NCBI GenBank assembly: GCA_963665325.3
Contig: CAXXWS020000003.1
Location: forward strand, 672,001 to 736,000
Source: Alphaproteobacteria bacterium
Lineage (GTDB): Bacteria; Pseudomonadota; Alphaproteobacteria; Bin95
Length of the DNA stretch: 64,000 nucleotides
Reading direction: 5' to 3'
Each line of letters opens with the position of its first letter. The first letter of the stretch is position 1. Made by a program: the position numbers and the translations under genes. Of this stretch, positions 62,020 through 64,000 are shown one piece after another. The notes under the pieces are model-generated. The model made no database searches. It was not told where the DNA came from and worked only from the letters and a program-made list of their open reading frames with translations.

Positions 62020-62223
62020 TGCGTGCCGGTCAACCGCATCGAGATAATCCTGAACGGCCAGAGAAGAATAACCGCAGATACGGCGCTCCGGCTTGCGAGA
62101 TATTTCGGGACGATGCCGACTCTGTGGCTGAACCTGCAAAAGACCTGGGAGCTTCGTCGGGCGGAGATCGAGACGGGCTGCGAAATTGCCGAACGGGTTG
62201 CCCCCCGCCAGTCGGCGGCATAG
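62020..62223 (+). pseudogene. higA: HigA-family antitoxin remnant (N-terminus missing)
   Basis: VPVNRI..ILNG.R.ITADTALRLARYFGT.P.LWLNLQ..WEL; lacks the HPGE start and has no higB upstream. Confidence 0.8.
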
Positions 62224-62320
62224 CCGAGCGGCTGCGTCGCCCCCGGCCTCCCCACACCGTTTACTCCTCCCGGAGCGACGCAGAGCCGGGAGCCCGGCCA
62301 CCTTCTTTCCCCGCCGGCCT

Positions 62321-62992
62321 TCAGTCCGTCTCCACCGGATCGCCCGTGCCCGCGCCCCGCTCGCGCGACTCGGCGCTTTCCGGCACATGGGTCAGGGCGG
62401 CCCGCCGGGCGAGGCGGGCGTAAACGTCACTGTCCACCGGGATGCTGCCGTCGAGGCGGGGCAGGTCGCGTGGCATGGCGCTGTCGTCGCTCTTTTCGAT
62501 TCGGACGGTCTCCGCGAAGGCCAGTCCCGCAAGCGCAAGACAGGCTTCGCTGACGGATTGCGGGCCGATTGCGATTGCCGGCGTCCGGGTCCCGGGCGAA
62601 ACGGTGAGCCGCGCGCCCGAGACCTCGGCGACGCCGGCCAGGAACGGCGCCGCCAGCAGAGGCCAGCGGACCCCGGTGAGAACGAGCGCGCCGCCGCCGG
62701 AGAACGGCAGCGGCCCACCCGCCCGGTCGGCCAGGGTCATGCCGGCGAGCAGCCCTTCCATCTCCCCGGATTCCGCGTGCCACACCGCGCCTTCGGGGAC
62801 CGGGAAGTCGCGCCGCCAGTCGGGCGCGGACAGGCGTTCAAGCGCGCCGTCGAGGGCAGACAGGCCGGCGAGGCCCCGCGCCTCCAGCCAGCGCGCCGCC
62901 CGCCCGGCCTCCTCGGCCACGCCCCAGGGCAGGCCGGCGCCGCGCGCCGCCCCGGTCGCCAGCGCCCGGATTTCGTTCAGCGAGCAGAGCAT
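62321..62992 (-). CDS. DUF3726-like protein
   Basis: SLNEI.ALA..AARGAGLPWG.AEEAG.AARWL...G; C-terminal T.VPES.ESR..GAG...D. Confidence 0.8.
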   Translation of the reverse strand: MLCSLNEIRALATGAARGAGLPWGVAEEAGRAARWLEARGLAGLSALDGALERLSAPDWRRDFPVPEGAVWHAESGEMEGLLAGMTLADRAGGPLPFSGGGALVLTGVRWPLLAAPFLAGVAEVSGARLTVSPGTRTPAIAIGPQSVSEACLALAGLAFAETVRIEKSDDSAMPRDLPRLDGSIPVDSDVYARLARRAALTHVPESAESRERGAGTGDPVETD

Positions 62993-63097
62993 CGGCTCAT
63001 ACCAGCGGTCGTTGACGGGAACCGATACCGAAGTCCGGGTTCGGCGACGGCAAGGCGGAGCCGGGGCATTCGCTGCTGCCCGGACGGAGCAACCCCC

Positions 63098-63191
63098 TTG
63101 TCACCCCGGACTTGATCCGGGGTCCAGCCTGTCGAGGCCCCTGCGGGCTGCGCCGGCAGTTCTGGGTCCCGGATCAAGTCCGGGACGACGA
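63098..63191. repeat. GTC-type REP/RPE-like palindromic element
   Basis: TTGTCACCCCGGACTTGATCCGGGGTCCAG ... CTGGGTCCCGGATCAAGTCCGGGACGACGA: 30-bp inverted arms, 25/30 matching, each arm self-palindromic. Confidence 0.85.
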
Positions 63192-63259
63192 TTGGAGGGC
63201 CAGAACGACAATGCGGACCCTTGGTCGCGGCTATGAGTCTCAACTCAAAACCGCTGGTA

Positions 63260-64000
63260 TCAGCCATCGGGGCACGGGTAGATCCAGTCGTCGGGTGGCA
63301 TTGCATGCAGCTCGTCGGGATAGGGCGCGTGGCAGAACATGTTGATGCGCAGCCAGCGGTCCGACTTCGGATCGAAACGGGTCGCGCCGAAAAATGCCAG
63401 CTTGCAGCGCAGCAGGTCGAGCGGCAGCAGGTCGGCGCTGACCAGATTGTCGCGAATCTGGCCGTACGGTCCGAGTTCCGGGTCGCAGAGCCGGCGGACG
63501 GTGTGGCGGTGTTCCGGGTGGCGCAGCAGGAAATCGGCGAGGGTCTCGTCCTGCACGGCTCTTCTGAGGTCGGCGTGGCACGCGGCGATGTCCCGGCCGG
63601 TCGCCAGCGGCAGTTCCAGGTCTGCGCCCGGCTCCTCCCATCGTTCGCCCAGCCGCGGCTCCAGCTTGTTCGCCGAAACGTACCAGAAGCGCGCCTGGGC
63701 ATCCGGCCGGGCGTAGTCCGGCTTCAGCGCCCATCCGTGCCCCTCTTCGATGCAGCCGCGCAGGTCCCGGACGGTGCCGGAGATGCCGGCCGGCAGCATT
63801 TCCTTCTCTTCGATAGCCATGCGGTCGGCAAGGTCGTCGACAAGGTCGCCATGAGGTTCGATGAGCAGGGACACGGTGAGTTCCTGGCCCTCCAGTGACA
63901 GATGGTCTCCCGCCCAATCCCGGATTGCGGTCCAGGGCGAGGTAGTCTCCGGGCCGAGCCCGGCCGCAAAGGCGTTGAGCCGGTCGAGATCGCCCGCCAG
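63260..64000 (-). CDS. Hypothetical protein, C-terminal part (start lies beyond the window)
   Basis: Frame is open to the window edge. Protein-like motifs FWYVS..KLEPRLG.R, FLL.HP..R, DLLRCKL.FFGA..FDP.SD.W.RI..F. Confidence 0.8.
   Translation of the reverse strand: MAGDLDRLNAFAAGLGPETTSPWTAIRDWAGDHLSLEGQELTVSLLIEPHGDLVDDLADRMAIEEKEMLPAGISGTVRDLRGCIEEGHGWALKPDYARPDAQARFWYVSANKLEPRLGERWEEPGADLELPLATGRDIAACHADLRRAVQDETLADFLLRHPEHRHTVRRLCDPELGPYGQIRDNLVSADLLPLDLLRCKLAFFGATRFDPKSDRWLRINMFCHAPYPDELHAMPPDDWIYPCPDG

Overview
High-GC chromosomal window that looks alphaproteobacterial, judged from the fabG-acpP-fabF-mltG-yicC-gmk order, the Rrf2-suf operon, DUF1476/zeta near purC-purS-purQ-purL-bolA-grxD, and a stand-alone rpsD. 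Most of it is housekeeping and catabolic genes: thiOSGE, acyl-CoA enzymes, a Mo-hydroxylase large subunit, frmA and a TRAP transporter. Small accessory islets interrupt it: an AAA_14/DUF4143 ATPase-nuclease behind a long palindrome, a stand-alone IS630-type HTH gene with tandem operator-like repeats, an MNT-HEPN pair whose toxin appears internally deleted, and a low-GC islet. That islet holds a 178-aa nuclease-like gene split by two tandem 837-bp IS5-family elements, followed by a higA remnant. The most unusual locus is a monocistronic 58-codon ORF at 29609-29785. It looks like a signal peptide carrying only an 8-residue two-cysteine cargo (CFLGIPCW) and is followed by a hairpin with an anti-Shine-Dalgarno loop and a terminator. 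I saw no rRNA, tRNA or CRISPR array. All functional calls come from motif recognition by eye, without database searches.
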